Positions 29,135 to 37,113 of a stretch of DNA of 64,000 nucleotides are shown here, piece after piece. A program made the translations under genes and the position numbers. The stretch is taken from positions 3,100 through 67,099 of the forward strand of contig CAZTXW010000002.1 in assembly GCA_964617345.1 (NCBI GenBank). The letters run 5' to 3'. The stretch's first letter is position 1. Each line of letters opens with the position of its first letter. A model generated the notes under the pieces. It was given only the letters and a program-made list of their open reading frames with translations. It searched no databases and was not told the origin of the DNA. Source of the DNA: an uncultured Sphaerochaeta sp. (GTDB lineage: Bacteria > Spirochaetota > Spirochaetia > Sphaerochaetales > Sphaerochaetaceae).

Positions 29135-29198
29135 TACACGAGGATAGGCACAACCAGAAATGAAAATGCTTCATTTCAGGTTGTGCCTATCTTGTGTA
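29135..29198. repeat. About 29-bp-arm inverted repeat
   Basis: TACACGAGGATAGGCACAACCAGAAATGAA-aatgc-TTCATTTCAGGTTGTGCCTATCTTGTGTA; arms differ at only 2-3 positions. Confidence 0.85.
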
Positions 29199-29326
29199 TC
29201 CATACGTCTTTACCCTAGGTAGGCAACGATGAGATGGCTACAACAAGGCATAACAACTTTATACCTTTATTCCTGCATATAATTCCCCTATACTGGATAC
29301 ACAGGATACACATAGGGAGGTTCTGC

Positions 29327-29614
29327 ATGAGTGATGCACATAAGAAAGAGGATACGATTCATATTTCAGTCTGCACCGGTACCAACTGCGCCTTTCGAGG
29401 CGCTTCCCAGCTCCTGGAAGCTTTGCGTTCTGAAACGGACATTCAGGAATATTGTCTCATCAGCGAGATGACGTGCATGGACAGTGTCTGTGACCATTCG
29501 CGGAGGTCTCCCGTAGTAAAGATTGATGACGATTTTATTCTTGAGGCAAAACTGGAAGTGATCATGGACGAGGTGTATACGCGCATCCACAAGAAAAGGG
29601 AGGCCTCTTCATGA
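29327..29614 (+). CDS. Thioredoxin-like [2Fe-2S] ferredoxin (NuoE-like)
   Basis: VCTGTNC...CMDSVC...PVVKID; RBS GGGAGG; ATGA-coupled to the hydrogenase. Confidence 0.8.
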   Translation: MSDAHKKEDTIHISVCTGTNCAFRGASQLLEALRSETDIQEYCLISEMTCMDSVCDHSRRSPVVKIDDDFILEAKLEVIMDEVYTRIHKKREASS

Positions 29615-31146
29615 AGGAAATCGGCGTAAAGAGGGTATTTGAACGGATGAGGGGCATCTATACGCCTTTGACCGACCTGCGTAGGCGCCTTCTCATGGAA
29701 TCGGTACACTTCATCCTTGACGGGGGAAAACCCTCAGGGATAGAGGATCTTCCCTTCACTATCATCGAGATGGGAAAACCGATATATCGTAGCAGTTCAG
29801 AACAGGAACTGGCCATCGTGAAGCAACGGCTCCGGCTGGCTTTCGGTCTGCCTCTGGAGGAGAGGGAGAATATCCCTGTCTACAGTGGGATCGAAAGAGC
29901 ATTCACCAGCGAGAAGATCATTGAGACCCCCTTGGTCAATGTCATCCGAGCTGCTTGTGAGAAATGCCCCGAGGACCAGGTAATCGTCACCGACGTATGC
30001 CAGTCGTGCATGGCCCATCCCTGCTCGATCGTATGCCCGAGAAACGCCATCTCATTTCCAGAAGGGAAAGCTCTGATCGACCAGGAGAAGTGCATAAAAT
30101 GCATGAAGTGTGTTCAGGCATGCCCATACTCCGCCATTACCAGGATGGTCCGACCTTGCGCAGAGGCGTGTGGTGTGCATGCCATCGACTCCGATGAGAG
30201 CGGCTATGCCCGCATCAATCAGGATATTTGCGTAAGCTGCGGGTTATGCACGGTCTCCTGCCCCTTTGGTGCCATCTCAGACAGATCGGAGATTGTCCAG
30301 ACAACCTTCGCTCTCATGGAACGTAAAGAGAAGAGATCCGAGTCAAAGCTCTTTGCTATCGTAGCCCCTTCATTTACCGGACAGTTTGGTAACAAGGTAA
30401 GACCCGAAATGATCTTCGCCGGCATCAAGGCGCTGGGATTTGACCGGGTGATGGAGGTCGCCTATGGTGCCGACTGCGATACGATCCTCCTTGCTGAGAA
30501 ATATACTCAAGAGAAAGGTATGTTCCTAGGAACATCCTGTTGTCCGTCCTGGGTCATGGCAGCACGAAATTCCTACCCAGAACTTGCAGATACCATTGCA
30601 GAAAGCTATACACCTATGGTGGAGACGGCAAAGAAGATCAAGGAATCTGATGAGAATGCGAAGGTAATCTTCATCGGGCCTTGTATCGCAAAGAAGTACG
30701 AAGCGCTCATCGAGGAGGTGTCAGATTATGTTGACCATGTCCTGACCTTCGAGGAACTTGCAGCGCTCTTTGTCGCCTTCGGGATCGATCTCACGACTAT
30801 CACAGAGAGTCCAGCCATTGCCGATGCGAGTACGCTTGGACGTGGATATGCGAATGCATCGGGGGTGGGAAATGCCATCATCAGAACTGCAGAGAAGGAG
30901 TTTGGAATAACTGGCATCAGTTTTGAAAAGGCCGATACCCTCTCCGATTGTCTCTCTATGCTGAAACAAATCAAAAAAGGAGTGATTTCTCCTGATCTTG
31001 TGGAAGGGATGGCTTGTCCCGGTGGATGTGTGGGTGGCCCAGGGACATTGGCTTCCCTATCTACGGCAGCTGTGCAGGTAACCAGGTTTGCTGCATCTGC
31101 CCCATATGAGTTTCCTGTCTGTGAGGATGTTGAGAAACAACTGTGA
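29611..31146 (+). CDS. Monomeric [FeFe] hydrogenase, group-B-like, with several [4Fe-4S] motifs
   Basis: H-cluster motifs TSCCPSW, GPCIAKKYE, EGMACPGGCVGGPG; ferredoxin motifs CQSCMAHPCSIVCP, CIKCMKCVQACP, CVSCGLCTVSCP. Confidence 0.9.
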   Translation: MKEIGVKRVFERMRGIYTPLTDLRRRLLMESVHFILDGGKPSGIEDLPFTIIEMGKPIYRSSSEQELAIVKQRLRLAFGLPLEERENIPVYSGIERAFTSEKIIETPLVNVIRAACEKCPEDQVIVTDVCQSCMAHPCSIVCPRNAISFPEGKALIDQEKCIKCMKCVQACPYSAITRMVRPCAEACGVHAIDSDESGYARINQDICVSCGLCTVSCPFGAISDRSEIVQTTFALMERKEKRSESKLFAIVAPSFTGQFGNKVRPEMIFAGIKALGFDRVMEVAYGADCDTILLAEKYTQEKGMFLGTSCCPSWVMAARNSYPELADTIAESYTPMVETAKKIKESDENAKVIFIGPCIAKKYEALIEEVSDYVDHVLTFEELAALFVAFGIDLTTITESPAIADASTLGRGYANASGVGNAIIRTAEKEFGITGISFEKADTLSDCLSMLKQIKKGVISPDLVEGMACPGGCVGGPGTLASLSTAAVQVTRFAASAPYEFPVCEDVEKQL

Positions 31147-31157
31147 TCGCAGGCGGC

Positions 31158-32483
31158 TTACGCCTCAAGCAACAGTCCCACCAGGTTCTTGAACTGGTTT
31201 CCCCTGTCAAACTCATTGGCAAACAGCTCAAAGGATGCACACCCTGGTGAGAGCAGCACTACCTGGGGAAGATCTGGAAGTTCATTCGCCTTTTTCCTCG
31301 CAGAGGTGTAGCTTCTTAGGACAGCATCATCCATCGAGGAGTACGGCCCGTCATAGGCTATCTTGTGCTCTTCAAGCAAGGGGATCAGCTTTTCACGGGT
31401 AAAGGATCCCTCCAGCAAGGAGATGCTCGAGGCTGCCTGCAGAACGTCGAGCATGGCATCGGCCTTGAGATTCTTGTCGGTCCCTCCGCAGATGAGGTGG
31501 CTGGCCATGCCCCTGAAGCGTGCAAAGGTAAAGTGTACAGCCTCTGGTATCGTAGCGGCACTGTCATTGATGAAGAGTATGGTATCGAGCAGGCCTACCT
31601 GCTCGATCCTATGCGGCACACCCGCAAAGCTATGCAAGGCTTTCAGCACGGCTTTCCACTTGAAGCCCAGGGCGAGCAGGATTGCGTAGGCACTCTTGAG
31701 GTGCGGCAGCTCCTCCACCTCCTTGGCACAGGTCCTGTCGATACCCCGTACATGCCCTCTGTCCAGCTTCGTCTGTTTGCGAATCCGTTTGATCAGGGCA
31801 TCGGGCACCACAGCCCTCTTGGTGGAAGGGGTGAACAGGTCCAACTTGTCTTCAAGGTAGTTTTCTATGCTTTCGTAGGAGTTCAGGTGGTCAGGGTAGA
31901 AGTTGGTCAGAGCACATACCTCCATGGGAGGAAGCTCCCCATGCATGGCGGTGACTGTATCGCGTATGAGCCATGAAGAGAATTCACACACCAGAAAGTC
32001 TGGAAGTTTCTTCTGCTGGTCATGTCGTTGCTCCCATTCGCGGAGGACGGAGAATGCGCTGATACCCATATTGCCACACTGCATGGCCTCATAGCCCAGC
32101 TTGTCCAAGGCATGGGCGACAGCTGCACTGGTGGTTGTCTTTCCTTTGGTTCCGGTGATGGCTATGATCTTGGTCTCGTTGCACCAGGGGGAGGAGAATA
32201 GCCAGGCAAAGTCGTTGACTACCATCCTTGCGGAAGCGAGCAACGGATGGTTTGGAGGGATGGCAGGGTTCTTCACTACAATATCAGCCCAAAGGAAATC
32301 TTCCTTGCGGTGGACACCGGCAATGCAGGTAGCCCCGCGTTGTGTCAGGGCATCCATCTCAGTGCCAAGGTCGCACGTTCCCTTCAAGTCAGTAATCCTG
32401 ACATCATCACCATGATCGAGAAAATACGTGGCTGCAGAATACCCGCCTCCATTCATCCCCAACCCAAAGATCAGAACCTTCAT
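31158..32483 (-). CDS. murD: UDP-N-acetylmuramoyl-L-alanine--D-glutamate ligase
   Basis: GLGMNGGG, VVKNPAI, ITGTKGKTTT, GVPHRIE, INDSAAT, GGTDK, LSPGCASF..F.N..DRG.F. Confidence 0.92.
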   Translation of the reverse strand: MKVLIFGLGMNGGGYSAATYFLDHGDDVRITDLKGTCDLGTEMDALTQRGATCIAGVHRKEDFLWADIVVKNPAIPPNHPLLASARMVVNDFAWLFSSPWCNETKIIAITGTKGKTTTSAAVAHALDKLGYEAMQCGNMGISAFSVLREWEQRHDQQKKLPDFLVCEFSSWLIRDTVTAMHGELPPMEVCALTNFYPDHLNSYESIENYLEDKLDLFTPSTKRAVVPDALIKRIRKQTKLDRGHVRGIDRTCAKEVEELPHLKSAYAILLALGFKWKAVLKALHSFAGVPHRIEQVGLLDTILFINDSAATIPEAVHFTFARFRGMASHLICGGTDKNLKADAMLDVLQAASSISLLEGSFTREKLIPLLEEHKIAYDGPYSSMDDAVLRSYTSARKKANELPDLPQVVLLSPGCASFELFANEFDRGNQFKNLVGLLLEA

Positions 32484-32615
32484 GCATACTCCTTATCGTT
32501 ACTACTATAGTAAAAAGAAAACAGCTGTAGAGCAATAAGGTATCACAAATTACTGGGTTTTGTCATAGCTCTCCCCCATGAAAATCGATATGGGGAAATA
32601 GATTCTCTGTACCCC

Positions 32616-32644
32616 TTGACGTTACTTACCCATCATTGCATAAT
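32616..32644 (+). promoter_or_regulatory. Sigma70-type promoter of the small basic protein gene
   Basis: TTGACG-N17-CATAAT. Confidence 0.65.
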
Positions 32645-32715
32645 AAATAGGGTAATTACAAAGTCACCGGCATTGGCTTGCCAATAACCCAACCGGTGGA
32701 TTAAGGAGCTCTACA

Positions 32716-32808
32716 GTGCCTTGTGGAAGAAAAAGAAAAAGACATAAGATTGCTACTCATAAGAGAAAGAAAAAACTCAGAAAGAATAGACATAAGAACA
32801 AGAAGTAG
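32716..32808 (+). CDS. 30-aa basic protein, bS22 / AURKAIP1-COX24 (DUF1713)-like small-subunit ribosomal protein
   Basis: Below the ORF-track cutoff. GTG start with AAGGAG at 32703-32708; translates to MPCGRKRKRHKIATHKRKKKLRKNRHKNKK. Confidence 0.88.
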   Translation: MPCGRKRKRHKIATHKRKKKLRKNRHKNKK

Positions 32809-32844
32809 ACTTCTTTCAATCTTATTCAACTGCTAAGTGCAGTT

Positions 32845-32892
32845 CACAAACACATAAACCGCCGGTCGCTCCGGCGGTTTTCTGTGTTTGTG
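32845..32892 (+). terminator. Intrinsic terminator after the bS22-like gene
   Basis: CACAAACACATAAACCGCCGG-TCGCT-CCGGCGGTTTTCTGTGTTTGTG: extended stem with T-rich 3' arm. Confidence 0.82.
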
Positions 32893-33069
32893 CGTACAGG
32901 CAAGGCTTTGTGCCTATGCACTCCGCTTCCCTCCATAGTGCCATTGTCCTGGAACTCACTGATCAGACTACCCCCTGTCTGCATTGTATGCCCGAATCGA
33001 TGCAAAAAATTCCTATTTCTTTCCATATCCCTATGTTAGTATTACATACTAGAGAAAGGGGAGGTTCTG

Positions 33070-34791
33070 ATGGAAAAAGCCTCTTTTCCAGAACAATGGC
33101 TGCAGGCATTTGCAAAATTCTCACTTGATTTCTTTGTTGTTGAACTGGGTGTGCACAACAAAGTCCTCTATAGTTGTGGAAAGGCTTCCTCATATTTTGG
33201 GTATCCGGTCGAATCGTTTGTTGAGCAGGTGGAAGCCTCCTTTGATGAGCTTGTCCTCGAGGTTGACAAGCCTCGAGTGGCCAAGGCAATGCAAGAGGCA
33301 AAAGAGGCCAAGACAGACATGGACTTGCAGTTTCACCTTATCCGTTTTGACCGGTCAGTCTCCCTTGTTCGTATCTCTGGCTCCTATCTCTATTCCCAGG
33401 ACGATGTGCCGACCTATCTTTTTTTGCTGTCAGACGAGAAGAGGGATATCGTTGCCCTTGAGCCGGAGCTTGAAACCTTCAGGCTTTCCTTTTCTGTTGG
33501 TACAGGCACTCTCATCGAAGTCAGTTTGCAAGGGCGCATAGCGTTTCAGCTCCAGGATTTCACTGATATCTACGAAGCCATTACCCTGTTTGCCTCTCGC
33601 TACGTACATCCCCAGGACAGGAAAGCCTTCGCAGTATTTGCAGAGCCGAAGTCTCTGCTCGCCTCTGCTCTTCCCCGAGGGGAGCAGAAGGAGATTCTCT
33701 TCAGACGTTCTAGCTATGACGACCTGTTTTCAGGGTACAGATGGGCCTTATTGTCCTACACATTGAAAGAAAAGCGTGGAGGCTCTGATCTGGTCTGTGA
33801 GCTATTCGTGCAGGATTCAGACAAAGCTACCAGCAAGCTGGCTGAAAAGACGCTGCAGACACAGCTTGACCCTCTGACTGGAGTACTGAACCGATCAGCT
33901 CTTGAGGCCCAGGTGAACCAGCAGGTAGAACTCTGTTCGGGAAAGGATAGCCTGGGCGCTTTCTTCATGCTTGACATTGATCAGTTCAAATGGGTGAACG
34001 ATACCTTTGGCCATGACCGGGGAGACGAGGTGTTGCGTCATGTGGCTAGAGCGGTAAAAGGGGTCTTTCGCCCTACTGATATCGTCGCCCGCCTAGGAGG
34101 CGATGAGTTTGCCGTCTTCATCACAGGGATCCCCTCGGTTGAACTTGCCATGACCAAGGCTGAAAACATCTGTCGCGCTTTGCGTAGCCTCACTCTCCTG
34201 GATGAGGATCTGCAGCTCAGCTGTAGTGTCGGGCTCTCAATCTATCCAAAGCATGGTACCTCATTCAAGGAACTCTATCATACCTCGGATTTGGCCCTCT
34301 ACCAGGCAAAACGGAAGGGAAAGGACCGGTTTTGCCTGTATGGGATAGAGGCTGTACCCTATGGCAAGGAGAAGCCTGTTGACAGGGAGTGGTTGTTCTC
34401 GCAGATGGAAGAGGAGATATATCTCTGCAATGTCGATACCTATGCATTGCTCTTCGTCAATGAGACCCTGCGCAAGAGACTGAGTCTTACCGCTCTCACA
34501 GCAAAAGGGTTTTGCTATGAGATATTGCATGGGAGAGACACCCCTTGTGAGGATTGCAAGAACCTCTGCATGCAAAGGGACCGAATCAGTACCCGTCTCA
34601 GTAAGGATGGCAAAACCGACACGATATATCTTCTTCGTGAGAAGTCCTTACTGCTGAAGGGCTCTCGGGTAAAGCTCTCCATCTCCACTCCCATACCCCA
34701 GGCATGGAGAGGTTTTGTCCTGGAACATCTGCCTCCAGATGCCCTGCATGCATTCGTGGAAAGGTTTTCCGAGGTGACCTATCAGAGTTGA
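33070..34791 (+). CDS. Diguanylate cyclase with PAS-like N-terminal sensor regions
   Basis: DPLTGVLNR, LDIDQFKWVNDTFGHDRGDEVL, RPTD I-site plus ARLGGDEF, DLALYQAK; C-terminal CYE..HGR..PC..C segment. Confidence 0.9.
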   Translation: MEKASFPEQWLQAFAKFSLDFFVVELGVHNKVLYSCGKASSYFGYPVESFVEQVEASFDELVLEVDKPRVAKAMQEAKEAKTDMDLQFHLIRFDRSVSLVRISGSYLYSQDDVPTYLFLLSDEKRDIVALEPELETFRLSFSVGTGTLIEVSLQGRIAFQLQDFTDIYEAITLFASRYVHPQDRKAFAVFAEPKSLLASALPRGEQKEILFRRSSYDDLFSGYRWALLSYTLKEKRGGSDLVCELFVQDSDKATSKLAEKTLQTQLDPLTGVLNRSALEAQVNQQVELCSGKDSLGAFFMLDIDQFKWVNDTFGHDRGDEVLRHVARAVKGVFRPTDIVARLGGDEFAVFITGIPSVELAMTKAENICRALRSLTLLDEDLQLSCSVGLSIYPKHGTSFKELYHTSDLALYQAKRKGKDRFCLYGIEAVPYGKEKPVDREWLFSQMEEEIYLCNVDTYALLFVNETLRKRLSLTALTAKGFCYEILHGRDTPCEDCKNLCMQRDRISTRLSKDGKTDTIYLLREKSLLLKGSRVKLSISTPIPQAWRGFVLEHLPPDALHAFVERFSEVTYQS

Positions 34792-34956
34792 TACCCTCGT
34801 AACAGGAGTGTGCTGGAAGGGGTGCGTCTTGTTGTCAGAAAGGGAGATGCCTGCCGCCTTTTTCTAGCCTCACCTATGCAAAAGCTTGTCTTGGTAGAGG
34901 ATATCTTGCTCTGCTTTGTTGACTGGAAACTCCATAATGTGGTAGTGTACCGAGAA

Positions 34957-35001
34957 CCTCTTTATCCGCTAGTTAGGCGGATCATTCAGTCCGTAAGGAG
35001 G
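34957..35001 (+). promoter_or_regulatory. Putative S6:S18 autoregulatory leader of rpsF
   Basis: CCTCTTTA can pair with the SD TAAGGAGG, enclosing the hairpin ATCCGCT...GGCGGAT and an unpaired CCG next to the SD. Confidence 0.5.
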
Positions 35002-35005
35002 AACC

Positions 35006-35287
35006 ATGAGAAATTATGAGTTCACAATTATCTTCGATGCAAACGAAGAAAAAACAAAGTCTGGCTTGGAACTGGTCACCAGCCTTTTTGAAAAAGCTGG
35101 GGTAGAGATTACCAAGCAGGAAGACATGGGCGTAAAGTATCTCGCCTACGATATCAAGAAACAGGAAAAAGGCCACTATGTCTACTTCGAAATGAAAGCA
35201 GACCCTTCCTCTATCCTTGGATTTGAGAAAGAGTTCTTGCTGAACACCTCCATTTTGAAGTTTCTGTTTGTCAATACAGAAAAGTAA
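35006..35287 (+). CDS. rpsF: 30S ribosomal protein S6
   Basis: MRNYEFTIIF, LAYDIKK..KGHY; first gene of rpsF-ssb-rpsR. Confidence 0.96.
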   Translation: MRNYEFTIIFDANEEKTKSGLELVTSLFEKAGVEITKQEDMGVKYLAYDIKKQEKGHYVYFEMKADPSSILGFEKEFLLNTSILKFLFVNTEK

Positions 35288-35311
35288 ATATACAAGAATT
35301 GGAGCATAAGC

Positions 35312-35791
35312 ATGGCAAATGACTTGAACGTAATTGCATTGGTGGGCCGTCTTACTCGGGAGAGCGAACTTCGCTATTCCAGTGGCGGTATGGCTATCTG
35401 TAGTTTTTCTCTCGCTGTTAACCGTAGAAAGAGGACGGCTGACAACAGGTGGGAGGATGAAGCCAACTTCTTCAATTGCACTATGTTTGGAAAGAGCGCC
35501 GAAGGCCTGAACCAGTATCTGGAGAAGGGCAGGCAGGTTTCCATCCTTGGTGAATTGAGACAGAGTCGTTGGGAACAGGATGGACAGAATCGCTCCCGTG
35601 TTGAGATCATAGTCAATTCCTTGCAACTTCTAGCCAGTGCTGGTGGTGATCGCCAAGAGGGCCGTCGAACTGACACCCAGGCGAGACCCCAGGGATCCTA
35701 TGCCGCACGAACACCCGCTGCCGCACCACCAATGCCCGATATGGACATGGGCGGACCAGAGCAGTTCGATGACGACCAGATCCCATTCTAA
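35312..35791 (+). CDS. ssb: Single-stranded DNA-binding protein
   Basis: LVGRLTRESELRY, FSLAVNR, C-terminal DDDQIPF. Confidence 0.97.
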   Translation: MANDLNVIALVGRLTRESELRYSSGGMAICSFSLAVNRRKRTADNRWEDEANFFNCTMFGKSAEGLNQYLEKGRQVSILGELRQSRWEQDGQNRSRVEIIVNSLQLLASAGGDRQEGRRTDTQARPQGSYAARTPAAAPPMPDMDMGGPEQFDDDQIPF

Positions 35792-35833
35792 TACTCTGCT
35801 TTGAGCAGAACCTAGTTTTTAAGGAGAAAATTC

Positions 35834-36127
35834 ATGCGTGATGATGATAAAGATTTCAAAGATTCCGATAGCAGAGGCGGCAGGGACAGGCGCCCAGGTG
35901 GCGGCGGTGGTCGCAGACCAAACTTCCGAAAGAAGGTCTGTAAGTTCTGTACCCAGAACCTGACCGCAGATTACAAGAACCCTGATATGCTTCGCAGATA
36001 TGTTACCGAAAGGGGCAAGATCCTCCCCGCTCGCATAACAGGCTGTTGTGCCAAGCATCAGAGAAGCGTAACAAACGAGATTAAGATGGCACGCGTTCTC
36101 GCATACCTTCCTTTTGAAAAGAAGTAA
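35834..36127 (+). CDS. rpsR: 30S ribosomal protein S18 (zinc-binding C+ form)
   Basis: KKVCKFC, DYKN, TERGKILPARITGCCAKHQR. Confidence 0.97.
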   Translation: MRDDDKDFKDSDSRGGRDRRPGGGGGRRPNFRKKVCKFCTQNLTADYKNPDMLRRYVTERGKILPARITGCCAKHQRSVTNEIKMARVLAYLPFEKK

Positions 36128-36142
36128 GTTTTGTTAGACGGT

Positions 36143-37102
36143 ATGAATCAGAGTGAAAAACAGTTGATAGGTAAGGCGGCCATGGTGGCAGGGGTAAGTT
36201 TCATACTCTCCCGGTTCATGCTCGGCAATCTGCTGTTCACTATTCCGCTCATGGTTCTAGCGCCAAAGATTTCCGATCGCAGATATGCTTTGATCCCGGT
36301 AGCGGCCGTAGCGCTGCTTACGATGATCGTCTCCCTGTTCCAGGCGCGTTCAGCGCTTGCAGATCCTGCAGGAAGATTGCTGATGGGTATCGGATTGTTC
36401 ATTCCCTTTGTGTTGTTGGTCGCTTCTGCTGTTTGGATTTATCTGGACGATCAACGGATACTGGTACGCTATCTTGCATCCGCCTCCTTTGGTGTGGTTG
36501 CCTCGATAGGGTTGGTTATCTGGCTTTCCAGTGGTTCTGAGACAGTTGCAAAGGTCGATGCTATCATGCTCGAATCCTTTACTGCGCTGTTCTCTCTGGT
36601 GGATGGCTCTTCCGGTACTCTCTCAACAGGAGAGTTGGAAAAGGTATATCACCTCTCTGTGATGGTCGCTGGATCTGTCCTGGTTCCCTTTTGTATGGGA
36701 CTGGTAGGCCTGGCATCCTTCCTGGCTATGAGTTATCTGGGGCGAAACGATGAGAGCTTTTCAAAACGTGTGACCCATTGGTCCATTCCGTATGATGCCC
36801 TCTGGGTGTTTCTCGGATCGTGGACGGTGGTCCTGTTCCTGATGGTTCTCAAGGGTCCCTTCCTGGGACGTGCCCTTGCACTGAATGTTGCCTTGGGCTC
36901 CTCTGTGCTCTATGCTGTGCAAGGCATGGCCATCGTGATGCACTTTGTGCGTCGCAAAGGTCTGCCCATCAGTGGTGGCCGTTTGATGATAAGCTTGTTC
37001 CTGATAGCTTTCCTGGTACCTGGTTTGAACATATTGGTTGTCTTCCTGTTGCCCCTTCTGGGGGTCTTGGAGACTTGGATAGTATTTAGAAAAGACGAGT
37101 AA
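36143..37102 (+). CDS. DUF2232 / YybS-like membrane protein
   Basis: Multi-TM; W.IP, QGMAI and LGVLETWIVFRK motifs; conserved position between rpsR and rplI. Confidence 0.8.
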   Translation: MNQSEKQLIGKAAMVAGVSFILSRFMLGNLLFTIPLMVLAPKISDRRYALIPVAAVALLTMIVSLFQARSALADPAGRLLMGIGLFIPFVLLVASAVWIYLDDQRILVRYLASASFGVVASIGLVIWLSSGSETVAKVDAIMLESFTALFSLVDGSSGTLSTGELEKVYHLSVMVAGSVLVPFCMGLVGLASFLAMSYLGRNDESFSKRVTHWSIPYDALWVFLGSWTVVLFLMVLKGPFLGRALALNVALGSSVLYAVQGMAIVMHFVRRKGLPISGGRLMISLFLIAFLVPGLNILVVFLLPLLGVLETWIVFRKDE

Positions 37103-37113
37103 GGAGTTTTCAT

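Noticed and set aside
36143-37113. yybS-like gene without gdpP before rplI
   Set aside because: The spacer is only 11 bp with no remnant; this matches the usual spirochaete arrangement.
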